A program made the translations under genes and the position numbers. The notes under the pieces are model-generated. The model was given only the letters and a program-made list of their open reading frames with translations. It had not been told where the DNA came from and searched no databases. From the NCBI GenBank assembly GCA_964244895.1, contig CAXTKV010000077.1:1-21358 (forward strand): a stretch of 21,358 bases of DNA, in the 5' to 3' direction. The stretch is from an uncultured Deinococcales bacterium (GTDB taxonomy: Bacteria > Deinococcota > Deinococci > Deinococcales > JAAFIG01). Below are positions 7,331-16,603 of this stretch, in pieces; within the stretch, counting starts at the first letter, position 1, and each line of letters begins with the position of its first letter.

Positions 7331-7639
7331 TTGGCTACTGCTCCAACGACCACCAAGAAAGCGACCGCGAAGCCCGCTGCGAAGAAGGCCGCTGCGAAGC
7401 CCGCCGCGAAGAAAGCTGCTGCGAAGCCCGCCGCGAAAGCTGCTCCGAAGAAAGCTGCCGTGAAAGCCGCTCCTAAGGCTGCCGCGAAAGCTGCTCCGAA
7501 GAAGGCTGCTGTGAAGCCCGCCGCGAAAGCTGCTCCGAAGAAGGCTGCCGTGAAAGCCGCTCCTAAGGCTGCCGCCAAGCCCGCCGCGAAGAAAGCTGCT
7601 GCGAAGCCCGCCGCGAAGAAAGCTGTCACGAAGAAGTAA
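7331..7639 (+). CDS. Histone H1-like Lys/Ala/Pro-rich basic protein (102 aa)
   Basis: GGAGGT RBS at 7318-7323 and in-frame TTG at 7331; KPAAKKAAA / KAAPKKAAV repeats with a 90-bp (30-aa) internal duplication; no acidic residues. Confidence 0.8.
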   Translation: MATAPTTTKKATAKPAAKKAAAKPAAKKAAAKPAAKAAPKKAAVKAAPKAAAKAAPKKAAVKPAAKAAPKKAAVKAAPKAAAKPAAKKAAAKPAAKKAVTKK

Positions 7640-7660
7640 ACCCAAGGCATTTGTTCATAC

Positions 7661-7703
7661 GAGGTCGCGTTCGCACGGGTCTGCGAAGGCGGCCTCGCCT
7701 TTT
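7661..7703 (+). terminator. Hairpin/terminator after the H1-like gene
   Basis: GAGGTCGC-g-TTCGCA ... TGCGAA-g-GCGGCCTC then gccTTTT. Confidence 0.6.
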
Positions 7704-8252
7704 GTACTGATTCGGTTGGTATTGCTTCGGTGCGCGCTGACGCGATCAATTCTGTCGCGGGTCTGCGTGGGTATCTCGAGATTTGGCTGGATGCGGGCTG
7801 AACCCTAGCTCATTGCGGTTGGGCAGCACGGTTGCTCGAGCGGCAACGTTCAGACTTTGATCTTCGCGAGCGCCCGATTTCATCCGACGCGATTCGACTC
7901 GAGATGGGATGCCCAGCGACTTCGAGATCGGGTCGTTCAAATCGGGCGGTTCATACGTTGCCCGACCAACCTCTCGAGGGCTGCACTCGCGGTTCTCGAG
8001 ATCGTTTCGTGATTCGAGGGCTGGTCGCACTCTCTGCCTGGGTTCGAGCGTTGTCCCTCGTGATCTCGGGGACGATCCCGGATCGATCCGTTCCTACGTC
8101 TGACTTCAGGCAGCGGGATTTTGGGGCTGTCGCTGATACGATTTTGACCAGATTTCTTTCTGGGGCACGAACTCCAGACCGAGGCTCACTTTGGGCAAAA
8201 TTTGGGTATCGGGCGGTCTTATTGAACCTGGGTCGAGTGTAGTCTGCGCTGC

Positions 8253-8282
8253 TTGACAGGCCACCATCCGTTGGCCTATTCT
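8253..8282 (+). promoter_or_regulatory. Promoter upstream of the sigma factor
   Basis: TTGACA-18 bp-TATTCT. Confidence 0.6.
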
Positions 8283-8413
8283 TAGTGGCTTTTGCGCGCA
8301 AGTACCCGGCGCGCAGGACACAAACCACCCAAACCGCAGCCTCGAGAGATACGTTCTCGAAGCGCGTAATACCGCGCTGTCCGCAAGGCCCTCTTACCCC
8401 AAAGGAGCGACAC

Positions 8414-9532
8414 ATGCCGCAGATTCTGGAACGACCGGATGCCTTCGAAGAAGAAATGCAGATTGACGAGCTCGGCCTCGAGCCCGCCACGGCCCTGTTC
8501 GGCTTGGACGACTACGCCGAAGAGGAACAGACCGAAACCGTAGAAGTGATCGATCCCGAAATTGCCGCTGCCGACCTCGAGGCGCAGTTGCTCGAGGAAT
8601 CCGCCCGCGTGACCCTGGGCGACCCGGTGCGCCAGTACCTCTCAGAGATCGGTCGGGTTCAGCTCCTGTCCCTCGAAGAAGAGATTTCCTTGGCGCGCCG
8701 CTACGAGGAAGGCGAGGCCGCCCGCAAGCGCCTGGAATCCGAGTCCGATGGCCTCGACGAGCGCGCGCTGCGTTCGTTGCGCCGCGTCGTCGAGGACGGT
8801 CAGGCCGCCCGCGCCCACCTGATCGAAGCCAACCTTCGACTGGTGGTCAGCATCGCCAAGAAGTTCAAGGGACGCGGCATGAGCTTGCTGGATCTGATCC
8901 AGGAGGGCAACCGCGGCCTGATGCGCGCCGTAGAGAAGTTCGAGATCTCGCGCGGCTTCAAGTTCAGCACCTACGCCACCTGGTGGATTCGTCAGGCCAT
9001 CCAGCGCGCCATCGCCGATCAGTCGCGCACGATCCGGATTCCCGTGCACCTCTCCGAAACCCTGTCTAAAGTTTCGCGCGTCAAGCGCGAACTCGAGCAG
9101 GAACTCGGGCGCGAGCCGGAGTTTGCCGAGATCGCCAAGGCCCTCGGCGAAGGCTGGACGCCCGAGCGCGTCGAGGAACTGGCCGATGTCGGCCTGGACA
9201 CGATCAGCCTGGAAGCGCCCGTCGGCGAGGATGGCGATGCGTTCTACGGTGATTTCATCGCCGCCGAGATCGACGGCAACCCCGCCGAGACGGTCACCCA
9301 GTCGCTCCTCTCCGAGGAACTCGAGCGCGCCCTGTCCCACCTGGGCGAGCGCGAGGCCAGCATCATCAAGATGCGCCACGGCCTGCTGGACGGCCAGGAG
9401 CGCACGCTCGAGGAAGTCGCCAAGGTTTACGGTGTGACCCGCGAGCGCGTGCGCCAGATCGAGTCGAAGGCGCTGCGGAAGCTCAAGTACCTCGAGAGCC
9501 GTTCGCGTCGCCTGCGCGATTTCCTGGATTGA
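8414..9532 (+). CDS. RpoD/SigA-family sigma-70 factor (possibly a diverged paralog)
   Basis: AAAGGAG RBS before ATG 8414; [64 protein letters not shown]; Thermus/Deinococcus-type ending [19 protein letters not shown]. Confidence 0.93.
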   Translation: MPQILERPDAFEEEMQIDELGLEPATALFGLDDYAEEEQTETVEVIDPEIAAADLEAQLLEESARVTLGDPVRQYLSEIGRVQLLSLEEEISLARRYEEGEAARKRLESESDGLDERALRSLRRVVEDGQAARAHLIEANLRLVVSIAKKFKGRGMSLLDLIQEGNRGLMRAVEKFEISRGFKFSTYATWWIRQAIQRAIADQSRTIRIPVHLSETLSKVSRVKRELEQELGREPEFAEIAKALGEGWTPERVEELADVGLDTISLEAPVGEDGDAFYGDFIAAEIDGNPAETVTQSLLSEELERALSHLGEREASIIKMRHGLLDGQERTLEEVAKVYGVTRERVRQIESKALRKLKYLESRSRRLRDFLD

Positions 9533-9542
9533 GCCTTTCGTT

Positions 9543-9578
9543 CTGGACGGTCTCCTCGGTATCAGAGAAGACCGTCCA
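9543..9578. repeat. ACACCGTCCAG-family hairpin with arms in swapped order, just after the sigma stop
   Basis: ctggacggtctcctc ... gagaagaccgtccag. Confidence 0.75.
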
Positions 9579-9630
9579 GGATCGTTTCAACTCGAGCGCC
9601 GCCTGCGTCTGGGCGGCGCTCTTTGCCGTT

Positions 9631-9861
9631 TCAGAAGTCGATGGTCGTCAAGGGTTCCGGTTTGAACTCGAAATCGACCTCGAAAATCGCGAAGCCGGTA
9701 TCCGCCGTCTCCGGGACGCTCGGCGTTCTCGGGTTGCTCGGGCGTCCGGTGGTGGCCCGCAAGCACTGGCGTTGCACGACGTACACGTCGGTGAGCCAGT
9801 TCGCGTCCTTCGGGGGACGAACCGATTTGTAGTTGCTCGAAACCTCCAGCGCTTTGATCAT
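9631..9861 (-). CDS. Small hypothetical protein (76 aa)
   Basis: GGAGG-7 nt-ATG start; fills an otherwise empty gap; no recognisable motif. Confidence 0.5.
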   Translation of the reverse strand: MIKALEVSSNYKSVRPPKDANWLTDVYVVQRQCLRATTGRPSNPRTPSVPETADTGFAIFEVDFEFKPEPLTTIDF

Positions 9862-9992
9862 CTCCGACCTCCGAGGGAAGAATAGGGGAGGGGGGCTGAA
9901 AGCAGTCTGGAAACTTCAAGGGTGTAAAGCCGTCTCTGGGTTCAGACTTTTAAGCCTTTCTCGAATCCGCCCAACCCAAAACTCGAGCCGAT

Positions 9993-10044
9993 GAGAATAC
10001 CGTCCTAGACGGCATTTCGAGATCGTGTGCCGGACGGCGTTCTC
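9993..10044. repeat. Dispersed hairpin repeat (ACACCGTCCAG family)
   Basis: gagaataccgtcctagac ... cgtgtgccggacggcgttctc. Confidence 0.75.
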
Positions 10045-10124
10045 GGATAATGGTCGCGCCTGAAAAGGCTCGAGGTTCCCTGGCCTCGAGCCGCAGCCTG
10101 CACATGGCTTCTATTTCAGACCCG

Positions 10125-10487
10125 TCAGGGCTTTTGAATCTCGCGCAGCATCTGCATTGCGCCGATGGCTCGAGGAAACCCCAGGTACGGCGCGGCGAAC
10201 AGGATCACCTCGCGCAATTCCTGTTCCGTCGCGCCCGCGTTGGTCGCGCCGCGCAGGTGCGTTTTGATTTCCGTCGGGTTGCCGAGCGCGATCATCATGA
10301 CGATCGCCAGGAATTCCTGGGTTTTTGGTTCCAGCCCGCCCGGTCGGTCGGTGCGGGCGTACACGTCCTTGTACACGAACTCCCGAACGTACTCTTCCAA
10401 ATCCGGGTCGAGGTCGTGCAGGCGTCGTTCGATGGCGTCCTTGTGCTTGCCCCAGATCAGGTCGCGCGGGTCGGATGGGTCGCTCAT
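10125..10487 (-). CDS. Carboxymuconolactone decarboxylase/AhpD-like protein
   Basis: EFVYKDVYAR..GLEPKTQEFLAIVMMIALG..EIKTHLRGATNAGATEQELREVILFAAPYLGFPRAI; ATG 10487 lies 6 nt after TATGCT; the longer ORF extension is repeat DNA. Confidence 0.88.
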   Translation of the reverse strand: MSDPSDPRDLIWGKHKDAIERRLHDLDPDLEEYVREFVYKDVYARTDRPGGLEPKTQEFLAIVMMIALGNPTEIKTHLRGATNAGATEQELREVILFAAPYLGFPRAIGAMQMLREIQKP

Positions 10488-10506
10488 GGCTCGAGCATAC
10501 CCAAGC

Positions 10507-10558
10507 AGACCGTTCCAGACGCTATCTGGGATGGTGCGTGCCAGACGGTGCTCTCGAG
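10507..10558. repeat. Dispersed hairpin repeat (ACACCGTCCAG family)
   Basis: agaccgttccagacgc ... gcgtgccagacggtgctCTCGAG. Confidence 0.65.
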
Positions 10559-10623
10559 ATGGGTTCTGTCCGAGAGCGAAGACGATCCCGAGATTCGCGA
10601 GAAGCCCATCGGTGGATATGAAA

Positions 10624-10648
10624 AGAACACCGTCTGGCACGGTGTTCT
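10624..10648. repeat. Minimal ACACCGTCCAG-family hairpin
   Basis: AGAACACCGT-ctggc-ACGGTGTTCT, perfect 10-bp stem. Confidence 0.8.
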
Positions 10649-10679
10649 CAAGAAATCAGAAAATGCGTTTAGAACGGTT

Positions 10680-11921
10680 TCAATCGAACTTGTAGCTCTT
10701 GGAAACGACCACGATGCCGGATTCCGTGATCTTAAAGCCGCGCGCCCGATCCGCTTCCAGATCGAAACCGATGGTCGTTCCGGCGGGTACGATCACGTCC
10801 TTGTCGATGATCGCGTTCTGGATCTTGCAGTGGCGTCCGATTTCAACCTCGTCGAACAGCACGCTGCGGTTGACCTCGCTGTACGAGTTGACGCGCACCC
10901 GGCGGAACAGGATGCTTTCGCGCACCGTGCCGCCCGAGACGATCACGCCGCCGCCGACCAGCGAATTGAGGGCGTGCCCGGTGCGGTCGCCGCCCTCGTG
11001 GACGAACTTGGCGGGTGGGCTGTCGGTGTTGACGGTGCGCAGGGGCCATTCCGGGTTGTACAGATCGAATTCCGGGCTGACGGAGATCAGGTCCATGCTG
11101 GCCTCGTGGTACGCGTCGATCGTTCCGACATCGCGCCAGTAGGTGTTGGGGCGTTCCTGGCCGGGGATCGGGTTCTTGGCGAAATCGTAGGCTTGCAGGT
11201 GGTAGCCGTCGCGCAGGGCTCTGGGCAGCACGTCCTTGCCGAAATCGTGGCTGGAGGTTTCCTCTCGGGCGTCGGCATCCAGCAGTTCGTCCAGCGCCTT
11301 GCGCGAGAAAATGTAGTTGCCCATGCTGGCCAGCGCCATGTCGGGGCGGTCGGGCATGGCTTTGGGGTCTTTGGGTTTTTCCTGAAATTCGGTGATTCGG
11401 GCGCGGTTGTCCACGCCCATCACGCCGAAGCGCGTGGCTTCGGCCAGCGGCGTCGGGTAGGCGGCGATGGTGATGTCGGCGCGGTTGGTGACGTGCATCT
11501 CGAGCATGTGCGCGACGTTCATCTTGTAGATGTGATCGCCGGAAAAAATGGCGACCGCGTCCGGGTTGTGGTTGTCGATCAGGTGCATGTTCTGGTAGAC
11601 GGCATCCGCCGTGCCGCGATACCAGACCGCGCCGAGTTCCTCGTAGCGGTACTGCTGGGCGGGCACGAGGGTGATGAAATAATCTGCCAGGAACGAACCG
11701 AATCGCCAGCCGCGCTGGATGTGTTCGGTCAGGGATTGGGCTTTGAATTGCGTCAGGACGTAAATCGAGTAAATCCCGGAGTTCATGAAGTTGTTCAGCG
11801 CGAAGTCGATGATCCGGTATTTCGAGCCGAACGGAACGGATGGTTTGGCGCGTTTGGCGGTCAATGGCGCGAGTCTGGAGCCCTGCCCTCCGGCGAGAAT
11901 CATCCCCAAGGTTCTGGTCAT
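10680..11921 (-). CDS. glgC: Glucose-1-phosphate adenylyltransferase
   Basis: [73 protein letters not shown]. Confidence 0.97.
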   Translation of the reverse strand: MTRTLGMILAGGQGSRLAPLTAKRAKPSVPFGSKYRIIDFALNNFMNSGIYSIYVLTQFKAQSLTEHIQRGWRFGSFLADYFITLVPAQQYRYEELGAVWYRGTADAVYQNMHLIDNHNPDAVAIFSGDHIYKMNVAHMLEMHVTNRADITIAAYPTPLAEATRFGVMGVDNRARITEFQEKPKDPKAMPDRPDMALASMGNYIFSRKALDELLDADAREETSSHDFGKDVLPRALRDGYHLQAYDFAKNPIPGQERPNTYWRDVGTIDAYHEASMDLISVSPEFDLYNPEWPLRTVNTDSPPAKFVHEGGDRTGHALNSLVGGGVIVSGGTVRESILFRRVRVNSYSEVNRSVLFDEVEIGRHCKIQNAIIDKDVIVPAGTTIGFDLEADRARGFKITESGIVVVSKSYKFD

Positions 11922-12137
11922 GATTCAGTATAGGCAATTCTTCGCTTTGGTGCGCGAGGTCGAGGTCAGGCGAGAAATGGCATCCCGAATGAAATCTTGC
12001 GCGCACGCGCCAACTGTCACGAGCGCCCTGAATTGCACGCTCGCGGCATCATCATTGCCGTGACGGTCTATCTTGGGCGGTGGATTCTCGAGCGTAGGGC
12101 TCGGTTTCGCTCGAGCTGATTCGTGCGTATTCCTGAA

Positions 12138-12187
12138 GAAACACCGTGCGGGACGAAGTTATTCGTTCGCGTGCTGGACGGTGTTCT
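12138..12187. repeat. Dispersed hairpin repeat (ACACCGTCCAG family)
   Basis: gaaacaccgtgcgggacg ... cgcgtgctggacggtgttct. Confidence 0.8.
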
Positions 12188-12192
12188 GGTCT

Positions 12193-13443
12193 TCAGCGCA
12201 CGCCGCGAACGCGGGACACGAAGACCGTGCCCAGCAAGAAAAATACGATCGCGATACCGAACAGCATCAGGTACCCCACGGTGTTGCCGCCGACGGTGCC
12301 CGCGTCGCGGATCGCGCCGAAAATGTACTGGAACAACTGCGGGAAGGTCAGCGCGATGTGCCAGACGCCCATGTCGCGCGCGTTCCTGGACGGGTCGGGC
12401 AGCACGCTGGTGGCCAGCGCCCAGTCCACGCTGATGTACGCGCCGTAACCCAGCCCGAACACCAGCCCGAGCGCCAACGCCAGCGCGTAACTGTGAACCA
12501 GCGCGAAACCCAGCGCGGCCACCGCCATGACCGCACCCGCGAAGTAAATCACGGGTTTCTTGCCGACCTGATCCGACCTGGGGCCGCTGATCACGGCGGT
12601 GATCGCGGCGGTCACGGACAGCGCGATCAGCAACAGCGTGACCGCCAGCCCGGAATCCGGTTCGCCCCTGGCGGTGACGAGCACGAAACCACCGATGGCG
12701 AAAACCTTGATCACGTCGCGCAGGTAGTACGCCAGGAACGGCTGCACCGCGTACCTGCCGGTTTCGATCAAGGCTCGAGTCAGGAAGACCCAACGAAAGT
12801 TCAAGTAGGCGGGCGTCAGGAACACGCGCCACGGGAAACCGTGCTCGTGTGAACGCACAACTGAAGGTTCGCGCGTCAGCAGGCGCGTCACCAGGAAGCT
12901 CAAACTGAGTGCCACGATCACCGCCACGAAGGCACTCGTGCGGTTGCCGTGAACCACGAAGTTGGCCACGCCGCCCGCGATCTGCCCCAGCAAGCCGAAC
13001 AGCCCGAGCGCCGCGCTCGAGGTGCCGCGTTGCGCTTCCGGTACGACATCCGGGATCAGCGCCTGGTACGGCGTGCTGGCGATCGAATTGCCGAGCTGCA
13101 CCACGCCGAATGCCAGCGCGTACGTCCAGAAGTCCGGCGCGACGATCATCAAGACCAGCCCGAGCACGTTCAAGAGCGTGCCCCACAGCATGAACGGGAA
13201 CCGCCTGCCGACCCGATCCGACCACGACCCCAGGAACGGCGGCAGCAGCAACGGGATCAGCACCGCCACGCTCGCCAGGCCGCCGTAGTACGCGCCCGCC
13301 CGTTCCGCCCCGACGAAACCGCGCACGTCGGCGGGCATCAAAATGGGCAGGAGCAAAAACCAGTGGAACGAAAAGCCGAACCAGTACGCGGACAGCGCGA
13401 AATACCTGGAGATCGGCGCTCGAACGTTCGGGATGGTTTGCAT
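12193..13443 (-). CDS. MFS transporter
   Basis: About 12 hydrophobic segments; GSWSDRVGRR and GPRSDQVGKK motif A; YQALIPDVVPEAQRG. Confidence 0.92.
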   Translation of the reverse strand: MQTIPNVRAPISRYFALSAYWFGFSFHWFLLLPILMPADVRGFVGAERAGAYYGGLASVAVLIPLLLPPFLGSWSDRVGRRFPFMLWGTLLNVLGLVLMIVAPDFWTYALAFGVVQLGNSIASTPYQALIPDVVPEAQRGTSSAALGLFGLLGQIAGGVANFVVHGNRTSAFVAVIVALSLSFLVTRLLTREPSVVRSHEHGFPWRVFLTPAYLNFRWVFLTRALIETGRYAVQPFLAYYLRDVIKVFAIGGFVLVTARGEPDSGLAVTLLLIALSVTAAITAVISGPRSDQVGKKPVIYFAGAVMAVAALGFALVHSYALALALGLVFGLGYGAYISVDWALATSVLPDPSRNARDMGVWHIALTFPQLFQYIFGAIRDAGTVGGNTVGYLMLFGIAIVFFLLGTVFVSRVRGVR

Positions 13444-13550
13444 GAGTGCCAGGAGTATAAGCAGGGCACAGCCGTCAGAGGTCAGAAGTCAGGGGTAAAA
13501 GCTCGAGCATGACTCCTCCACGAAGACGTTCTCGAGGATGTATCAAGGCG

Positions 13551-13615
13551 AGGGCAACCGTAAAGATTGTGCCTACACGACGGGTTTTGTAGGGGCGAAC
13601 CCTGTGTTCGCCCCT
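13551..13615. repeat. Back-to-back pair of GTAG-type REP-like sequences
   Basis: GTAGGGGCGAAC-cctgt-GTTCGCCCCT (13589-13615, 10-bp stem) and a degenerate minus-strand GTAGGCACAATCTTTACGGTTGCCCT (13551-13576). Confidence 0.7.
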
Positions 13616-13675
13616 CCCTCGAGACGCCCTCGAGTGCGCCCGCCGAGCGAGCCGACCTTCCGCGCGGTAAGGCGC

Positions 13676-13737
13676 AACACCGTCCAGAACAGCGTTCTTG
13701 CGACTCGATAGATCGCGTGCAGCACGGTGTCCTCGAG
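13676..13737. repeat. Dispersed hairpin repeat (ACACCGTCCAG family)
   Basis: aacaccgtccagaac ... cgcgtgcagcacggtgtcCTCGAG. Confidence 0.75.
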
Positions 13738-13866
13738 CAAACGCCAGATCCGCTTCCCTCTGACTCCTGACCCCTGACGGCTTTGCTGCATCAAATCTGT
13801 CGTGATGCACGCGAAAAACCTGACTTTTCGATAGCGCATTCGTGATCAGGGGTACGATCCTTTCAA

Positions 13867-14729
13867 TGAATGCGGGCGCGAAACTCGAGTGGCACGGGCG
13901 CGTGGTCACGCTCGAGGCGGGCGCGGTCATGGGCGTGCTGAACGTCACGCCGGATAGCTTCAGCGACGGTGGGCGCTACAGCGACGTGGAACGCGCGCTT
14001 TCTCGCGCACGCGCGATGGCCTACGCGGGCGCGGCCATCCTGGACGTGGGCGGCGAAAGCACGCGTCCGGGCGCCGAACCCGTCGTGGACGACCAGGAAG
14101 CGGAACGGGTCGTGCCGGTCATTCAAGCCATCAAGGCCGCGCAACTCGAGGTGCTGGTGTCGGTGGACACGCGCAAACCGGGCGTGGCCAGGCGCGCGCT
14201 CGAGGCCGGGGCGGACATCGTCAACGACGTGACGGGCTTGCGAGACCCGGAAATGCGCGAGGTCTGCGCGCAATTCGGCGTGCCCGCCGTGATCATGCAC
14301 ATGCGCGGCGACCCTCAAACCCTGGGCTGGTCCAGTGAAGCGGAACCCTTCGAGGACGTGGTGCGCGATGTCCGGCACGAACTGGCGGTCATGGCCAGGA
14401 ACGCGATCAAGGCCGGTGTGCCCAGCGTGATCCTCGATCCGGGCTTCGGTTTCGGAAAAAGCCTGGAGCAGAATTTGCGGCTGGTCAAGAACCTGCACAA
14501 GATTCGCGATCTGGGATTTCCCGTGCTGCTGGGCGCGTCCCGCAAGTCCACGCTCGGGCGGATCGCGGGCGTCGAGAAGCCCAGCGACCGCGACGCGGCG
14601 TCCATCGCGGCGCACCTGTACGGCCTGCGGCGCGGTGCGGATATTCTGCGCGTTCACGACGTTCCCGGTCACGTTCAGGCCGTGCGCGTCTGGAACGCGA
14701 TCGATGACATCCGAGACGCGCCGTACTGA
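13867..14729 (+). CDS. folP: Dihydropteroate synthase
   Basis: VMGVLNVTPDSFSDGG, DVGGESTRPGA, ILDPGFGFGK, LLGASRKS, LRVHDV. Start approximate: ATG of MNAGAK, a few nt after TACGAT. Confidence 0.96.
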
Positions 14730-14757
14730 GCGGATTCTCGAGGATTGTGCGATTCGA

Positions 14758-14824
14758 GGAACACCGTCCAGAACGGTATTCTCGAGTGAATTGCGTGGGT
14801 TTCGCAGTTCTGGACGGTCTTTTC
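14758..14824. repeat. Dispersed hairpin repeat (ACACCGTCCAG family) between folP and folB
   Basis: ggaacaccgtccagaac ... gttctggacggtcttttc, with internal acggtattCTCGAG. Confidence 0.8.
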
Positions 14825-14881
14825 GGTTCCTCGAGAAATCTATCGAGAGCGACCGAGCGACGCATCGTGGGATGATCAAGC

Positions 14882-15247
14882 GTGGATCGCATCGTTCTGA
14901 ACGGCCTGGAATTCTTCGCGTACCACGGCGTCTTCCCGGAGGAAGCCGTGCTGGGCGGTCGGTTCGTGGTGGACGCCGAACTCCACTTGCCGCTTTCAGA
15001 CGCGTCCAACCTGGACAGCACGGTCAGTTACGCCAGCGTCTTTGAAACCATCGGTCTCGAGATGACCGGGCAACGCCACGCCCTGCTCGAGACGCTCGCC
15101 AACCGCATCGCGGCGCGGGTGCTGACGGACTACGCGCTGGTCACGCGGGTGATCGTGCGCGTCCACAAACCGCACGCGCCGATCCCCGGCGTCTTCCGCG
15201 ACGTGTTCGTCGAAGTGGATCGCGCCAGATCGCTTCCCGGCTCGTGA
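14882..15247 (+). CDS. folB: Dihydroneopterin aldolase
   Basis: DRIVLNGLEFFAYHGVFPEEAVLGGRFVVD, TVSY, LLETLA, VRVHKPHAPIPG. Confidence 0.95.
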   Translation: MDRIVLNGLEFFAYHGVFPEEAVLGGRFVVDAELHLPLSDASNLDSTVSYASVFETIGLEMTGQRHALLETLANRIAARVLTDYALVTRVIVRVHKPHAPIPGVFRDVFVEVDRARSLPGS

Positions 15248-15256
15248 TCGCGCGAG

Positions 15257-15312
15257 AAGACCGTCCTGCACGCTTTCGTCTCATCTCGAGAATTGGCGTG
15301 CAGGACGGTCTT
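15257..15312. repeat. Dispersed hairpin repeat between convergent folB and mdh
   Basis: AAGACCGTCCTGCACGC / GCGTGCAGGACGGTCTT, perfect 17-bp stem. Confidence 0.85.
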
Positions 15313-15330
15313 TATTTCCAGAAGGTTGCG

Positions 15331-16314
15331 CTAGATCAACCCGAGTTCCCTGACCGCGTCGCGTTCCTCGGTCAGTTCCCTGGCGGTCGCGTCCATCCTG
15401 GCGCGGCTGAAATCGTTGATCTCGAGCCCCTGCACGATCTCATAGTGACCGTCCTTGCAGACGCACGGGAAGCTGTAAATCAAGCCTTCGGGAATGCCGT
15501 AACTGCCGTTGGATGGGATCGCCATGCTCGTCCAGGAACCTTCCGGCGTGCCCAGCGCCCAATCGCGCATGTGGTCGATCGCCGCGTTGGCCGCCGAGGC
15601 CGCGCTGGACAGGCCGCGCGCCTCGATGATGGCCGCGCCGCGCTTGGCGACGGTCGGGATGAACGTTCCCTCGAGCCAGGATTGATCCACCAGGCTGGAC
15701 GCGGCTTGCCCGTCCACCGTCGCGTGGAAAATATCCGGGTACTGCGTGCTGGAATGGTTGCCCCAGATGGTCAGTTTCTGAATGCTCATGACGGGCTTGC
15801 CGGTTTTGGCGCTCAACTGGGACAGCGCCCGGTTGTGGTCCAGTCGGGTCATGGCCGTGAACTGGCCCGGATTCAAAGTCTTCGCGTGGCTCTGCGCGAT
15901 CAGGGCGTTCGTGTTGGCGGGGTTGCCCACGACGAGGACCTTCACGTCTCGAGCGGCGACCGCATCCAGCGCCTCGCCCTGCGGTTTGAAGATGCCACCG
16001 TTGGCGGACAGCAAATCCCCGCGCTCCATGCCCTGCTTGCGCGGCATGGCCCCGACCAGGAGCGCGTAATTCGCGTCCTTGAAGGCGACCTTCGCATCGT
16101 CGGAGGTCACGATCCCCGCCAGCAGCGGGAAGGCGCAATCCTCGAGTTCCATCACCACGCCCTGAAGGGCTTTCAGGGCGGGCGTGATCTCGAGGAGTTG
16201 CAAAATCACGGGCTGATCCTTGCCCAGCATCTCGCCGCTGGCGATGCGGAACAACAGGCTGTAACCGATCTGACCGGCAGCGCCGGTCACGGCGACTCGA
16301 ACGGGTGCTTTCAT
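15331..16314 (-). CDS. mdh: Malate dehydrogenase (Thermus-type)
   Basis: [75 protein letters not shown]. Confidence 0.97.
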   Translation of the reverse strand: MKAPVRVAVTGAAGQIGYSLLFRIASGEMLGKDQPVILQLLEITPALKALQGVVMELEDCAFPLLAGIVTSDDAKVAFKDANYALLVGAMPRKQGMERGDLLSANGGIFKPQGEALDAVAARDVKVLVVGNPANTNALIAQSHAKTLNPGQFTAMTRLDHNRALSQLSAKTGKPVMSIQKLTIWGNHSSTQYPDIFHATVDGQAASSLVDQSWLEGTFIPTVAKRGAAIIEARGLSSAASAANAAIDHMRDWALGTPEGSWTSMAIPSNGSYGIPEGLIYSFPCVCKDGHYEIVQGLEINDFSRARMDATARELTEERDAVRELGLI

Positions 16315-16536
16315 GGGTTCTCCTTGAGGCTCGAGCCGTGGGTTGCGTCGGGCTCGAGACGCGTTTTCGCGCACGAATCATACCGCTCCGTCACCGCGAC
16401 GAACGGGATGCTCGAGCGAGGAGGATTGAACTCTGTTCTCGGGCAGGGGAGTGGTCGAAACGGTTCGCAGGAGGTGACCTGCCCCTGCGCTCTTGCGCGA
16501 AGGTTCTCAGGCTTCGACTCGCGCCGCCCGATCTCG

Positions 16537-16586
16537 GAAACACCGTCTGGTACGCTTGTTAGTATATGCGTGCTGGACGGTGTTTC
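16537..16586. repeat. Dispersed hairpin repeat (ACACCGTCCAG family)
   Basis: gaaacaccgtctggtacgc ... gcgtgctggacggtgtttc. Confidence 0.8.
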
Positions 16587-16603
16587 TGCGTGTCCCTCGA
16601 GAA

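Larger units (their letters stand above)
13466..13786. repeat. Segment bounded by 30-bp imperfect inverted repeats built of GTCAGRR heptamers
   Basis: 13466-13495 versus reverse complement of 13757-13786: 26/30 identical. Confidence 0.7.

Noticed and set aside
6811..7476. 221-aa and 121-aa ORFs upstream of the H1-like gene
   Set aside because: Atypical composition; overlap promoter, leader and the H1-like gene.
7705..8250. Possible gene or RNA in the long gap before the sigma gene
   Set aside because: Only short Arg/Ser-rich ORFs and CTCGAG-centred micro-palindromes; no tRNA or known ncRNA features recognised.
8352..8369. Possible RDRM upstream of the sigma factor (ending CGTAA)
   Set aside because: Only one half-site matches; 17-bp symmetry is absent.
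7331..8414. H1-like gene as a split N-terminal tail of the sigma factor
   Set aside because: Separated by ~770 bp with a terminator and an independent promoter/SD.
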